From Heptranchias perlo (lineage: Eukaryota), in the NCBI RefSeq assembly GCF_035084215.1, contig NC_090338.1, positions 15,314,001 through 15,378,000 of the forward strand: a stretch of DNA of 64,000 nucleotides, written 5' to 3'. The number at the start of each line of letters is the position of its first letter. Position 1 is the first letter of the stretch. Positions 25,971-38,100 of the stretch are shown here, one piece after another. The translations under genes and the position numbers were made by a program. The notes beneath the pieces are model-generated. The model made no database searches. It was not told the origin of the DNA and worked only from the letters and a program-made list of their open reading frames with translations.

Positions 25971-26155
25971 GGGGGTGGAATTGGACATGGCGGGGACACA
26001 AAACAGGCGGTATCGCATCGTTCACCCGTTATACGCCCCGCCCGATAGTCTGTCCCACGGACTTCAATACAGTTGACTATCGGGCGTGTTGTATGAATGT
26101 CGGCAAATGAGATTCCGCCTGTTTTGTGTCCCTGCCCATGTTCAATTTCACCCCC
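25971..26155. mobile_element. Harbinger-type MITE with ~40-bp TIRs, inserted in a SINE remnant
   Basis: GGGGGTGGAATTGGACATGG..ACACAAAACAGGCGG is inverted at the right end; TSD ATT on both sides. Confidence 0.85.
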
Positions 26156-26469
26156 ATTGTTTGCTGTTTGAGGGACCTTGCTGTGTGCAGATTACTTGCC
26201 TTCTTTCCCTACATTTCAACAGTGACTACATTTCAAAAAGTATTTCACTGGCTATTAAGACGTCCTGAAGACGTGAAAGTGCTTTAGAAGGACAAGTTCT
26301 TCTTTCTTTAGGTGTGTGTTGTAAAAGATTCAGTTCACATTAGCATATTGTACCCATGTTCAGATTACTGGACCTGTAAAGTTGTATTGAAGTCACTATT
26401 TATTTTCATATGTTTAAAATATCTGAAATTCAGGAGAAATTATTTTTGGCATGAAAGGTAGAATTACAG

Positions 26470-28270
26470 TTGGCCTCAAAATATCAGAAAATGCACAAAA
26501 TAAATACATAGGGCATTAAATTGGCCACACAGTGCCCGTTGTTTCGGTGCTACACGGCCTCTCCGACATCTAAGATGGCGTCTTGGATAAGCACACACGT
26601 TTCCTGCGTGACCTGCGCCAGTTGCCATCTTGGTATTGGAGTTAGAGCAGGTGCAGATAAAGCACGCTGGAATCATGTAAAGTAGGGAGAAAATGGCTTC
26701 AATCAGTGTGCAACGCTGATTTAAAGTGATCGACACCATTTTGGGACTTAACACTCAACTCAGCACACAGTCTTAAGCCCGACCATCTGAATGTGTCTTC
26801 GAGTGCCTGGTGGACCCCTCACCAGCGCTATTTAAAGGGACCATGCAGGATTTACAGGTTAGTGGCTGGATTACTGCTTCTGGCTGCTGAGACATTTGTA
26901 ACTATTATTGGAGGTCTCCTAGACTTAAATACTAGGACATGGGGATTATAGTCTAACATTTAGAGCCAGGACATGCAGGAGTGAAGTTAGAAAATGCTTC
27001 TACAAACAAAGGGTGGGAGACGTTTGGAATGCTCTTCTGCAGACGGCAGTTGATGTTAGCTCACCTGTGAAAGTTAAAGCTGAGATTGATACATTTCTTT
27101 GAACCAAGGGTGTTAAAGGATATGGGGTTAAGGCGGGTATATGGAGTTAGGTCACAGGTCCACCATGATCTCATTGAATGGCAGAATAGGCTTGAGGGGC
27201 TAAATGCCACTGCCACTTGCCTCTTGATATGCGCCACCTTCTCCTGCAAGAAATCGGGATGTGTGTCTGGGTGATGTGCCTGTCATGGTTGAATAGCTCA
27301 CCATTGTGTGTGGCCTGTGAGTTGTGGGTGAGCGGTTTGAAACAGTGCTAATGTGCAAGGGTGAGAGGAAGCATCTGGTTGGAAGAGTTGAGTACTGATG
27401 GAAAGAGTTTGTTGATAGATGGAGGATGGGGGGGTGTAGTGCGTGGTGCAGATGGTAGGAGATGCCACTTGACAGTTGACCTCACTCACCTTGACCACTC
27501 ATGTCAAAGCATTGAACTTCTTCCTGCACTGCATCCATGTTCATGATGCTGTGCACCTGGCAATAACATCGTCCCCCGTTGCCTCCCACTGTCTTTTGGA
27601 TACATGTCTGGAGGACTTCTTGACCCCCCCCCCGCGGATATAGGATGTCCCTCCTTCTGTCCACCGCTTCCACCCAAGGTCTCTAGTGCATCAGCAGAGA
27701 ACCTTGGTGCATTCACTCTCGCAGGCCTGGTACCAACTCAGATCGGCAGATTGGCGAGGATGTGGGATTTAGTAGTGCGCAACCTTCATTCAATGTTTTA
27801 ACATAACTCATCAGTGTATAAAGATAGGGATGGGACCTGCATCTGTGTTTTATGTGTGCGATGTCTGATCTCTGTTCAGACTCCATGCAGACAGTAAACT
27901 GTTATTTTCAGCAAGTAACAGGTACCAGCTACCTTTAAGAGATTTCGAAGAAACATCCTCCTTTAAGAGATTGAGCTCCCCCTGGTGGCAAAAATTGCAA
28001 ATTGCATCAATTCCGAGTGCAAGGCCTGGAAAGGAAGGCTGATTGCAGGTAAGTCCTCGGGTGGGTCGAAACTTGCATCCTGCCTGCGCAGGGTCCATCG
28101 GGCACGGGGCACTAGCGCATCACGGTACCCCCGCCCGAAATGGACTCTTATCCAATTTCTCCCCCAAAAAATCATAACTTTCTGGGGATGTTTCCCTAGG
28201 AAATAAGAGGGCGATTTTAACCCATCCCGTCCGGCAGGAACTGGGCAACACAATTAAAATTGCCTCTTAA
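26470..28270. mobile_element. Degenerate Harbinger-related remnant (Myb/SANT-like piece on - at ~27480-27720) with a CR1 3' fragment at ~26930-27210
   Basis: NAPRFSADALETL, VDRRRDILYP; boundaries approximate. Confidence 0.6.
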
Positions 28271-28305
28271 AACTTACCGCCCTGTTCCTGCTTTTTTTTA
28301 TATGG

Positions 28306-28560
28306 AAACATAGAAAATAGGAGCAAGAGTAGGCCATTCGGCCCTTCAGGTCTCCTTCGCCATTCAAAATGATCATGGCTGATCGTCTAACTCAGTACCC
28401 TGTTCCCAATTTTTTCCCCATATCCCTTGATCCCTTTAGCATTAAGAAATATATCTATCGCCTTCTTGAATACATCTAATGTCTTGGCCTCCACTGCCTT
28501 CTGTGGGAGAGAATTCCACAGGTTCACCACCCTCTGAGTGAAGAAATTTCTCCTCATCTT
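28306..28560 (-). mobile_element. CR1-like 3' end fragment
   Basis: [18 protein letters not shown]; same subfamily as 33680-35068. Confidence 0.85.
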
Positions 28561-29751
28561 TGTTCCCGCTCCAATCCCGCCTGCTCCCACATTAATTGGG
28601 CCCTTTTTTTAGGCAGCCCAGGCGCCCAAGTAACTCAGGCGGGAGTTTCATCACTACATGTAAATCAAGATCTTATGATGTCATTAGGACACAATGGCAT
28701 TTTAACCATTGACTGATCAGGGTGCCCGTTGTGACTGCCCCACTCGGTAAAACCTCTTGGGGACGAAGCGGAAGCCATAAAAGGTAAGTTTTAAACTGTT
28801 AAATTGTGGGGTCAGGAGGAAAGTCTGAGCCTCTGCTGCCCCGGCCTCCCCCTTTCCCAACTACAAGGCCCTACCGAAATCAACCCCTCGCAACTTACCT
28901 CAGTGCCGGCAGGTGGCCTCTGGGCTGTTCAATCTTCACCTGACAGTAGACGGACAACTGCCTCATTTCAGGTGGGCAGCTGGCTGGTGAGATGTAAATA
29001 AGGCCTGAAGTTAAAATAGCCTCGGAGGGGAGGGTTTGACATTTGCTCCACTCCTGCCTGTTAGAAACACGCTCCGAGTTAAAATCCTTCAAAGTCCCAT
29101 GCCTTCAACATGTGTATTTCACTTTGGTAAGTTTCAAATCCAACACTGCTTTTCCCTTGCAATAAAAGTGATGCAGTTTTAGTAATGACTTGCCCGTGTC
29201 CCACTGCACTTTCAGTCTAACTTCTCATCTTTACATGTCATAAGGCCATTATTTTGAAGTTGTCATCCTTTTTGGGGCTGCGTCGGTTTTTACCAGCGTG
29301 CTGGAATGGCATGTACACAGACATGATGGTAATGACCCGGATTTTGGGAACAAACCCTTATCAGATGTAACAAGCATTTTTGCAACATTGATGGGAAAGC
29401 TTGTTTTCACATCAACCAAAGCTTGAATAGACCAGAAACTCCCTCATTCCCCTTTGCAACCTTTCTTGTCCTTCTATCATATTCATACTGTTACTGTTAA
29501 TGCTTCCCAGAGCTTTTCTCTCTTGTTCCTCCTATTTGCCATCTGACTCATTTTACTTCTTACCCACTTCCTCAATGTGTTGAAATCAAGATGCACATCC
29601 ACGGTAACTGTCGAAAAGCTAACCAACAGTTTTAAAAAAAAAGTTGGCACACTATCAAAAAGACGTCCAACTCCAAAACCACCCTGAATGTTACTCTGCA
29701 ATGTATGAACACTTGTTATTTGTGCTGCAAGTATACCGAAGCTTATTACTC

Positions 29752-30660
29752 AAAGATTGGTGGCATTGTAAGCAGTGTAGATGAAAACATAAAATTACAA
29801 AGCGATATTGATAGATTAGGTGAATGGGCAAAACTGTGGCAGATGGAATTCAATGTAGACAAGTGTGAGGTCATCCACTTTGGATCAAAAAAGGATAGAA
29901 CAGGGTACTTTCTAAATGGTAAAAAGTTAAAAACAGTGGATGTCCAAAGAGACTTAGGGGTTCAGGTACATAGATCATTGAAGTGTCATGAACAGGTGCA
30001 GAAAATAATCAATAAGGCTAATGGAATGCTGGCCTTTATATCTAGAGGACTAGAGTACAAGGGGACAGAGGTTATGCTGCAGCTATACAAAACCCTGGTT
30101 CGACCGCACCTGGAGTACTGTGAGCAGTTCTGGGCACCGCACCTTCGGAAGGGCATATTGGCTTTGGAGGGAGTGCAGCGTAGGTTTACTAGAATGATAC
30201 CCGGACTTCATGGGTTAAGTTACGAGGAGAGATTACACAAATTGGGGTTGTATTCTCTACAGTTTCGAAGGTTAAGGGGTGATCTGATCGAAGTTTATAA
30301 GATATTAAGGGGAACAGATAGGGTGGATAGAGAGAAACTATTTCCGCTGGTTGGGGATTTTAGGAGTCGGGGGCACAGTCTAAAAATTAGAGCCAGACCT
30401 TTCAGGAGCGAGATTAGAAAACATTTCTACACACAAAGGGTGGTAGAAGTTTGGAACTCTCTTCCGCAAACGGCAATTGATACTAGCTCAGTTGCTAAAT
30501 TTAAATCTGAGATAGATAGCTTTTTGGCAACCAAAAATTTTAAAGGCTATGGGCCAAAGGCAGGTATATGGAGTTAGATCACAGATCAGCCATGATCTTA
30601 TCAAATGGCGGAGCAGGCACGAGGGGCTGAATGGCCTATTCCTGTTCCTATGTTCCTGTG
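29752..30660 (+). mobile_element. 5'-truncated CR1-like LINE with uninterrupted ORF2 C-terminus
   Basis: ORF 29705-30577: KIGGIV..WQMEFNVDKC..LEYCEQFW..FYTQRVVEVWN; tail at ~30640-30660. Confidence 0.92.
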
Positions 30661-31147
30661 TATTCATCTTGAAGGAGTAAAATCAGAAGTTTATGAAAGT
30701 TTTAGGAGTGATATAAGTTTAGTCGGCACAAGATTTGATTTTTTGAACCTTTATTTGGTACATTTTCAAAAATTTTAGATTCTCGAGTGAAAATGGGCAT
30801 TGAATTTTTTTAACATCTCAACATGGGGAATTTTGAGGATCATCTTGATATAAAATATCCTTGGCTGCAGGGTCCGGCACCCCGAGAGAGTGGTAACGTG
30901 CCCCTCCAACTTTTCTAGCCACCCTTTGGGGCGGATGCCCATGAGGAACTGGAAATAGCACAGGTCTTTGGGGCAGGGTCAACGATGGGCCATGCTGACA
31001 ATCGGAAATCTCGTCCTCTGCAATTCCATCAGGGGTACGAGCCTTCAGGAATTTCAGGTCCCGTGTGACTTTTAGTCCAGGCAACATTTAGTTGGATCTT
31101 TTTGGCCTTCGAAGTGGAAGGAATTTCTCACCACATTCATGGAGTTA

Positions 31148-31326
31148 TGATTTATCCATCCTTCTTTGTCCCATTTTCACCTAAGGTAGGTCTGGTGGAA
31201 AATGGGACATAGAGGGATGAATAAATCACAGGGCACTGTGCTGTTTCCTCATGTTACATTGGAGTTGACACAATCCACCATTAGACCATCACCTACGGTA
31301 GGTCTGGGGAATGGTCTAATGGTGGA
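31148..31326. other. Two adjacent hairpins sharing apical motif CACCTA(A/C)GGTAGGTCTGG
   Basis: Hairpin 1 (31148-31228) has ~34-bp imperfect arms. Hairpin 2 has perfect 16-bp arms TCCACCATTAGACCAT (31274-31289) / ATGGTCTAATGGTGGA (31311-31326). Function unknown. Confidence 0.8.
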
Positions 31327-31813
31327 GTTGCATTATGCAGAATCCACGACACGTGATACAATGCACATCAATACAGTCAATCATTTTTACCCATGGAGGT
31401 GAGCCTGACTCCAATAGACAATATTCTAGTATTTAAATAGATGTGTTGATCAGGTTATACCATTTGTTTCATCTGAAAAGAACTTGGAGCATTGCCAAAC
31501 ATGTACACACGAGAGTGTACACAGAGCATGCATGAAGTTGAGTTGTGATTTGGAGTGTTTAATGGGGGCGTACTGAAAAATGGCAGCATAAGATGGAACT
31601 CACACTGGTAACCAAGGATAACAGGAGCAGTAGGTGTATCATTGAATGAATTCATTAAATGCTGGTGGTTATTAAGGCATGAATTTACCCACATTGACTT
31701 CTAATCAGAGACAGAAAAACTCAAGCTTAAGGGATACATTGCACAGTGGAATCATCATTGTTGGTTATTACACTTCTGAGAAATTAATCAACAAAATTAC
31801 GTGTAATGTTCAA

Positions 31814-31819
31814 TTTATT
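31814..31819 (-). promoter_or_regulatory. Candidate polyadenylation signal (AATAAA) of the Ig receptor gene
   Basis: tttatt on the plus strand about 270 nt past the stop codon; position is plausible but unverified. Confidence 0.45.
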
Positions 31820-32085
31820 TTCCATAATGTAGCAGTTTTTTTTACATAGCATCTGCAGAAGCCCGGAAAGGATTGTTGAAACTATATCAAGAGAAGTATT
31901 TCTATTGCAGGTTATGTTTGTAAGTTATGTTCATACTTGAAAAAAGTGATGCAATGATTATGTTCCATCAGAGCAGCTGCACAGGAAGACAGTTAAATAT
32001 CGGTTCTTCGGTAATGATATCAATTCCCCAAAATGTTATATTCCACATATCTAACTCCAAGCTCTTCCTGTCTATCCTGTGCAGC

Positions 32086-32157
32086 TTATTTAAATTTTGC
32101 TTGTGCTATTTGTGCATAGATAACAGATGAATCAGCTTCCTTTGAAGGAGTCAGGTT
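32086..32157 (-). CDS. Terminal coding exon [23 protein letters not shown] (ITIM/ITSM-like VIYAQI)
   Basis: ttctctcttgcag|AAC...AAATAA, phase 0, after a 140-bp intron. Confidence 0.85.
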   Translation of the reverse strand, partial: NLTPSKEADSSVIYAQIAQAKFK

Positions 32158-35100
32158 CTGCAAGAGAGAAATTAACCATTTATAATAATGTGAACTATTA
32201 CTGCATCTCTTTACATCAGATAACAACTTTACAAATTTGTTGCGGATATTAATATTGTAGGACGTGTGATTTCACCAATATGAATCTATATACTTACAGT
32301 ATCTGAAGATTGTTGATTGCCTTGTGTACCATGTCTGGACCCTGTGATAATTGCAAACACCACAATTAAAGGATAACACTGACAAAAAAAACTGACAATT
32401 GGCACACAAATATTCTCAACTTACTGCATTTCATCGTACAGCCAATGGATCAGCAAGACATTGATTGACAGTGAACCCAGTTTTCATCTGTATAACCCAG
32501 ATCCACACTAAGCACTGCATTTGCACAGGGAGCCATTGGGACGGTCATAAATGAACTAAGCTCCTGAAAAGACTCTGCAGAGTTTGAGAATTTCAGTGCC
32601 TTTTCAGCTTCAGATACCTGCTTTCATATAGAAAGCATAGAAATTACAGCACAGCAAGAGGTCATTTGGTCCATTGAATCGAGGCCGATGTTAACTGTTC
32701 ATCCGCAGCTTTCTATTCCAATCCCACTAATCTTTTATATGCCTCGTGTATTTTTAGATGATTGTAGTTTACAATTTATGCTCTATTAGATGTCGGGGTT
32801 GATTCTCCTGTTTCCTCCTTGCCCGGGTGGAGCAGACTCAAAATGGGATCTGCTTGTCCAGGCCTCAGGGTGCCTTAATTTAGTTGGGCAGGTCATTAGC
32901 ATGGTCTGATTAAACCCTGGTTGCAGGCCCACTTCCTAGAAGAGCTGTTCACTGGGAAACAGACAGAAAAAGAACCACAGCTGCAGGCCTGAGAAGACCT
33001 GAAACTGTGGGACAGGCCATCGGTCTCGGGGCCTTCTGGCTGTTGACCAGCAGTCAGTGGCTTAGTTCAAGCTTTCATGCCTGAAGATTGTTGGGAGATT
33101 GCAAGAGATAATGAACACTTACCTTTACGGCCTTGCTTGCCTATCCGTCTGGTCCCCTCAGACCCGAGGGGCTCCCAGGCACACGGCCCACTGTCAGCTC
33201 ATTCAGGTGCTGTTGGAAGTGATTGCTCTTCGGCTGAAACCACAGCAATGGGAGGGTGGAGAAAGTGGGAAATGCTCCTCCAGCCTTATTTCCATTGAAG
33301 CATGGGGACAACATAAAAGGAGCAGAGGTCCCATATTACAGATCACCACCCCTTTTTCCTACCATTAAGGTCCAGGGAATAAGTGTTTCCTAGCAACTGA
33401 TAGGAAAATCAGCCTTACTTATATCAACTTGGGAAGAATTGTCATAGTGCCTTTCACATCCTCAGGACATTTCAAAGCAAATTAAACACTTTTAATGTTT
33501 AGTTACTGTTTTAGGCAATGCGCCTCCAACAATACAACACTCCCTGAGCCTAGATTGTAGCAAGTAGGGTGTGAACCCATGACCTTCTCTCTCAGAGGTG
33601 GGAGTGCTACCCCTGAGCCAAGCTGGCAATCAGAAGGCTGAAACAAGTTTCTTTCTACACCACATGTTAAATTTTACATGGAAACATAGAAACATAGAAA
33701 ATAGGAGCAAGATCAGGCCATTCGGCCCTTCGGGTCTGCTCCGCCATTCGAAATGATCATGGCTGATCGTCTTACTCAGTACCCTGTTCCTACTTTTTCC
33801 CCATATCCCTTGATCCCTTTAGCATTAAGAAATATATCTATCTCGTTCTTGAATACATCTAATGACTTGGCCTCCACTGCCTTCTGTGGTAGAGAATTCC
33901 ACAGGTTCACCACCCTCTGAGTGAAGAAATTTCTCCTCATCTCGGTTCTAAATGGCATACCCCGTATCCTGAGACTGTGACACCTGGTTCTGGACACCTC
34001 AGCCATCGGGAACATCCTCCCTGCATCTAGTCTGTCTAGTCCTGCTAGAATTTTATATGTTTCGATGAGATCACCTCTCATTCTTCTAAAGTCTAGTGAA
34101 TATAGCCAAGTCTACCCAATCTCTCCTCATACGTCAGTCCTGCCTTCCCAGGAATCAGTCTGGTAAACATTTGTTGCACTCCCTCCATGGCAAGGACATC
34201 CTTCCTCAGATAAGGAGACCAAAACTGCACACAATACTCCAGATGTGGTCTCACCAAGGCCCTGTATAACTTCAGTAAGACATCCCTGCTCCTGTACTCA
34301 AATCCTCTTGCAATGAAGGCCAACATACCATTCGCTTTCCTAACTGCTTGCTGCACCTGAATGCTCGCTTTCAGCGACTGGTGTACAAGGACACCCAGTT
34401 CTCGTTGTACCTCCCCTTTTCCCAATCTATCACCATTCAGATAATAATCTGCCTTTCTGTTTTTACAACCAAAGTGGATAACCTCACATTTATCCACGAT
34501 ATACTGCATCTGCCATGTTCTTGCCCACTCAACCAACTTGTCTAAATCACATTGGAGCCTCTTTGCATCCTTCTCACAGCTCACATGTGTCATCTGCAAA
34601 CTTGGAAATGTTACATTTAGTTCCCTCATCCAAATCATTGATATATATTGTGAATAGCTGGGGCCCAAGCACTGATCCCTGCGGCACCCCACTAGTCACT
34701 GCCTGCCAACCGGAAAGAGACCCGTTTATTCCTACTCTCTGTTTCCTGTCTGTCAACCAATTCTCAATCCATGCCAGTATATTCCCCCCAATCCCATGTG
34801 CTTTAATTTTGCACACCAACCTCTTGTGTGGGAACTTATCAAAAGCCTTCTGAAAATCCAAATACACCACATCAACTGGTTCTTCCCTATCTATTCTACT
34901 AGTTACATCCTCAAAAAACTTCAGTAGATTTGTTAAGCATGATTTCTCTTTCATAAAGCCATGCTGACTTTGTCCAATCCCGTTAATGCCCTCCAAGTGT
35001 TCTGTTATCACATGGAGGCCATTAACGGGATTGGTCAAAGTCAGCATGGGTTTATGAAAGGGAAATCATTTTAAGTTCAGATGTGATATGATTCAAGAAT

Positions 35101-38100
35101 GTCAGATGTTTTCCTCTTACTATGCTTCCATATTGCTAATAACTTCAATCTTCAGTTCAAGATAATCACAATAAAGTGGTTTTCTTTCACCACAATATTT
35201 CTAAAAGAAGTTCCAATTGGAAATATACTACTGATTTGATCTACAAGACCATCTACAGGATGCACTGCAGCAACTCGCCAAGGCATCTGCATCAGCACCT
35301 CCCAAACCCGTGACCTCTACCACCTCGAAGATCAAGGGCAGCAGGCGCATGGGAACACCCCCACCTGCACGTTCCCCTCCAAGTCACACACCATACTGAC
35401 TTGAAAATATATCGCTGTTCCTTCATTGTCGCTGGGTCACAATCCTTGAACTCCCTATCTAACAGCACTGTGGGAGAACCTTCACCACATGGACTGCAGC
35501 GGTTCAAGAAGCCAGCTCACCACCACCTTCTCAAAGGCAATTAGGGATGGGCAATAAATGCTGGCCTTGCCAGCGATGCCCACATCCCATGATTGAATGA
35601 ATAAAAAAAGGTACCACGTTTTATCGTGTGTGCAGGAAATTGCACTGGTCATAAGGGTCTTGCACCATTTCAGTATTTTTCAGGATATGGATGACCCTGG
35701 TCAGGGCCACATTTATTTCCCACCCCTAGTTACCCTAAGAAGGTAGTGGATGTTCTTCTTGAAGCAATTGTACACTTCGGAGAGCAGTAAGAGTTAATCA
35801 CATAGTGTGGATTAGAGTCCCATTTAAGCCAGAATGGGAGGTGCCTTTCCCTGAAGGACTTTAGTAAACCCAGTTACCTCAATTTCCCTGGTGCTAACCT
35901 ACAAATTAAGAGATTTATTAGTTTCAATTTCACAACATACCATGGTAAGCTTGGAACTCATAACTTTCAGGTTGCTAGTCCAATACCACAGTCACCACAA
36001 TACCGTGTCTGGCTGTTGAGGTACTTTAATATTTGTTGTTTCTAGTTCTTCAGCCTCAGTGCAGTTCCTACTGGGCATTGGCCAACAGCACAATACTTTC
36101 TCTAATTCAAAATTGATTGCCGATCTCACAGAGAGGCACAGGACAACTGGTGTGGCAAATGGAAAAATGGCACGCTGGTGCATCAGCGGGTGCTCTTCTG
36201 AGGTTGGTGGTGAGGCACTTTTTCAGGGCAGAGTATGAGGAGCTTTACTCTGTGTTTGACTGCGCTGTACCTGCCCTAGGAATGTCTGATGCTGACATTA
36301 GGAGCATAATTTTAGAATGGCAACAGGATCTCAGCAGGGGGGGGGGGTCAATGTGCACGTTGGAAGCCTGGAAAAAAATTGCCTAACTTTTTGCACCCGA
36401 TTGTGACTTAATTGAAGGCCCTTAATGTGGCTTTATGATCTTATTGAATGGCGGAGCAGACTCGAGGAGCCATATGGCCTATTATTTCTTATGTTCTTAT
36501 GTAGGTGCGGATGCTTCATGAGTGCACGGGACCTCAGCCATCAGTAAACCCTCTGTGTTGAGCGATGTTGTGCAGGAGCAACAAACGATTATTATTCTAC
36601 ACACTCTCGGTCATGCGTACTGAAGGGCTCCCCCAGATCGATCCAGGCATCTGAAGCACATCTTGAGCAGTCCTGTGGCTTGTTCAATGACAGAGCTGGT
36701 GGTGATGTGGCTGTGGTTGTACCGCTGCTATGCCTTGCTGGTGGGATTTCTCAGAGGTGTCATGTGCCACGTCTGCAGCGGGTATTCCATGTCTCCAAGG
36801 AGCCAGCCCTTAAGTCTGTTTTGTGCATGGAAGGGGCCAGAATGTTGGATTCGTGCAGAATGAAGGAATCACGGCAGCTGCCAGGGAATTTGGCACACTC
36901 CTGCAGAAACCTCCTCCAGTGGTCGCAAACCAGCTGCGCATTGATGGAGTGATATCCCTTTTGGTTGATGAACAGTCCTGGCTCATGTGCAGGTCCTCGG
37001 ATTGCTACGCGTGTGCAATTAATTGTGCCCTGTACCCATGGGAAGCCAGTCAGAGAGTGGAAACTCACTGCCCTCTCAGTCTGGCTGATGTCATCGCAGG
37101 GGAATGCCCTGGCAAACAAGCCATCCGTGACCTGTCGTATACACTTATGTGCAGATGACTGAGAGAGAGACCCCGGCAATGTTACTGGTGGCATCCTGGA
37201 AGGATCCGGAGGCAAAGAAATTGAGGGAAGTGGTGACTGTAACTACGATGGGCAATGCGTGGCCACTAGGCCCAGCCGGGAGCAGATCTGCATGAAGGAG
37301 CCTGCAGATATCGACAACCAATTAGCAACTCAATCTGAGCCTTCGTCGGCACCGCTCCTCAGAGAGGTCCAGGAAGCTCAGTCTCTGTCTGTACACCCTC
37401 TCACTTGGGTTGTGCCTCCTGCAACCTCTGCCCCTCCGTTGGTTCCCTCTCTGCTCTTCTGCAGGTCCTTGTGGTGCACCTCTATCTTGTGGAGCTGCAA
37501 GTCCCAGAATTGCTGCCATGCCTGTCATGGATGGTGATGTGCCTCCTCCTCAGATGTACGGCAGAATAAACCCATTGCGCCCCTCACCCCCAACATCCTG
37601 ATGGTGTCAGTTTGAGGGGGTCCAAAATGAAGGTAAATATGTGTGAACACAAGAATTCTGAGTGTGAACCAAGAAATCTCAGTGCAAACACAAAGAACTC
37701 CCAGTCAAAGGTTTGTCTGAGAGAACTGATTGCCCTGCTGCAAAAACTCACCTTTTATTCTCATTTGTCAATCGCTGGTTTAAAGGTCTAAATGGCTGCC
37801 GGCTGCAACTCGCCTCTGTTTCCATGGAGTCTGTCAGATGCCACGGGAAACACATTGAAGCAGAGTTAAAATCGTTACCCTGCCTCAATCCACAGAAAAT
37901 GAAACACTTTAACTACTTTAAGTATCTTAATTGATGGTTTAAATATCGGTCCGCTGGGCTATGGGTCCTGAGGCTATGGGCCCCGACAACATCCCGGCTA
38001 TAGTGCTGACGACTTGTCCTCAAGAACCAGTCGCGCCTCTAGCCAAACTGTTCCAGTACAGCTACAACACTGGCATCTACCTGACAATGTGGAAAATTGC

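Noticed and set aside
30818-31087. 89-aa minus-strand ORF downstream of the receptor gene
   Set aside because: No recognisable protein features; lies beyond the stop codon and candidate poly(A) signal.
31148-31326. CRISPR-like repeat-spacer reading of the twin hairpins
   Set aside because: Only two units, the variable flanks are self-complementary rather than spacers, and the context is vertebrate with no cas genes.
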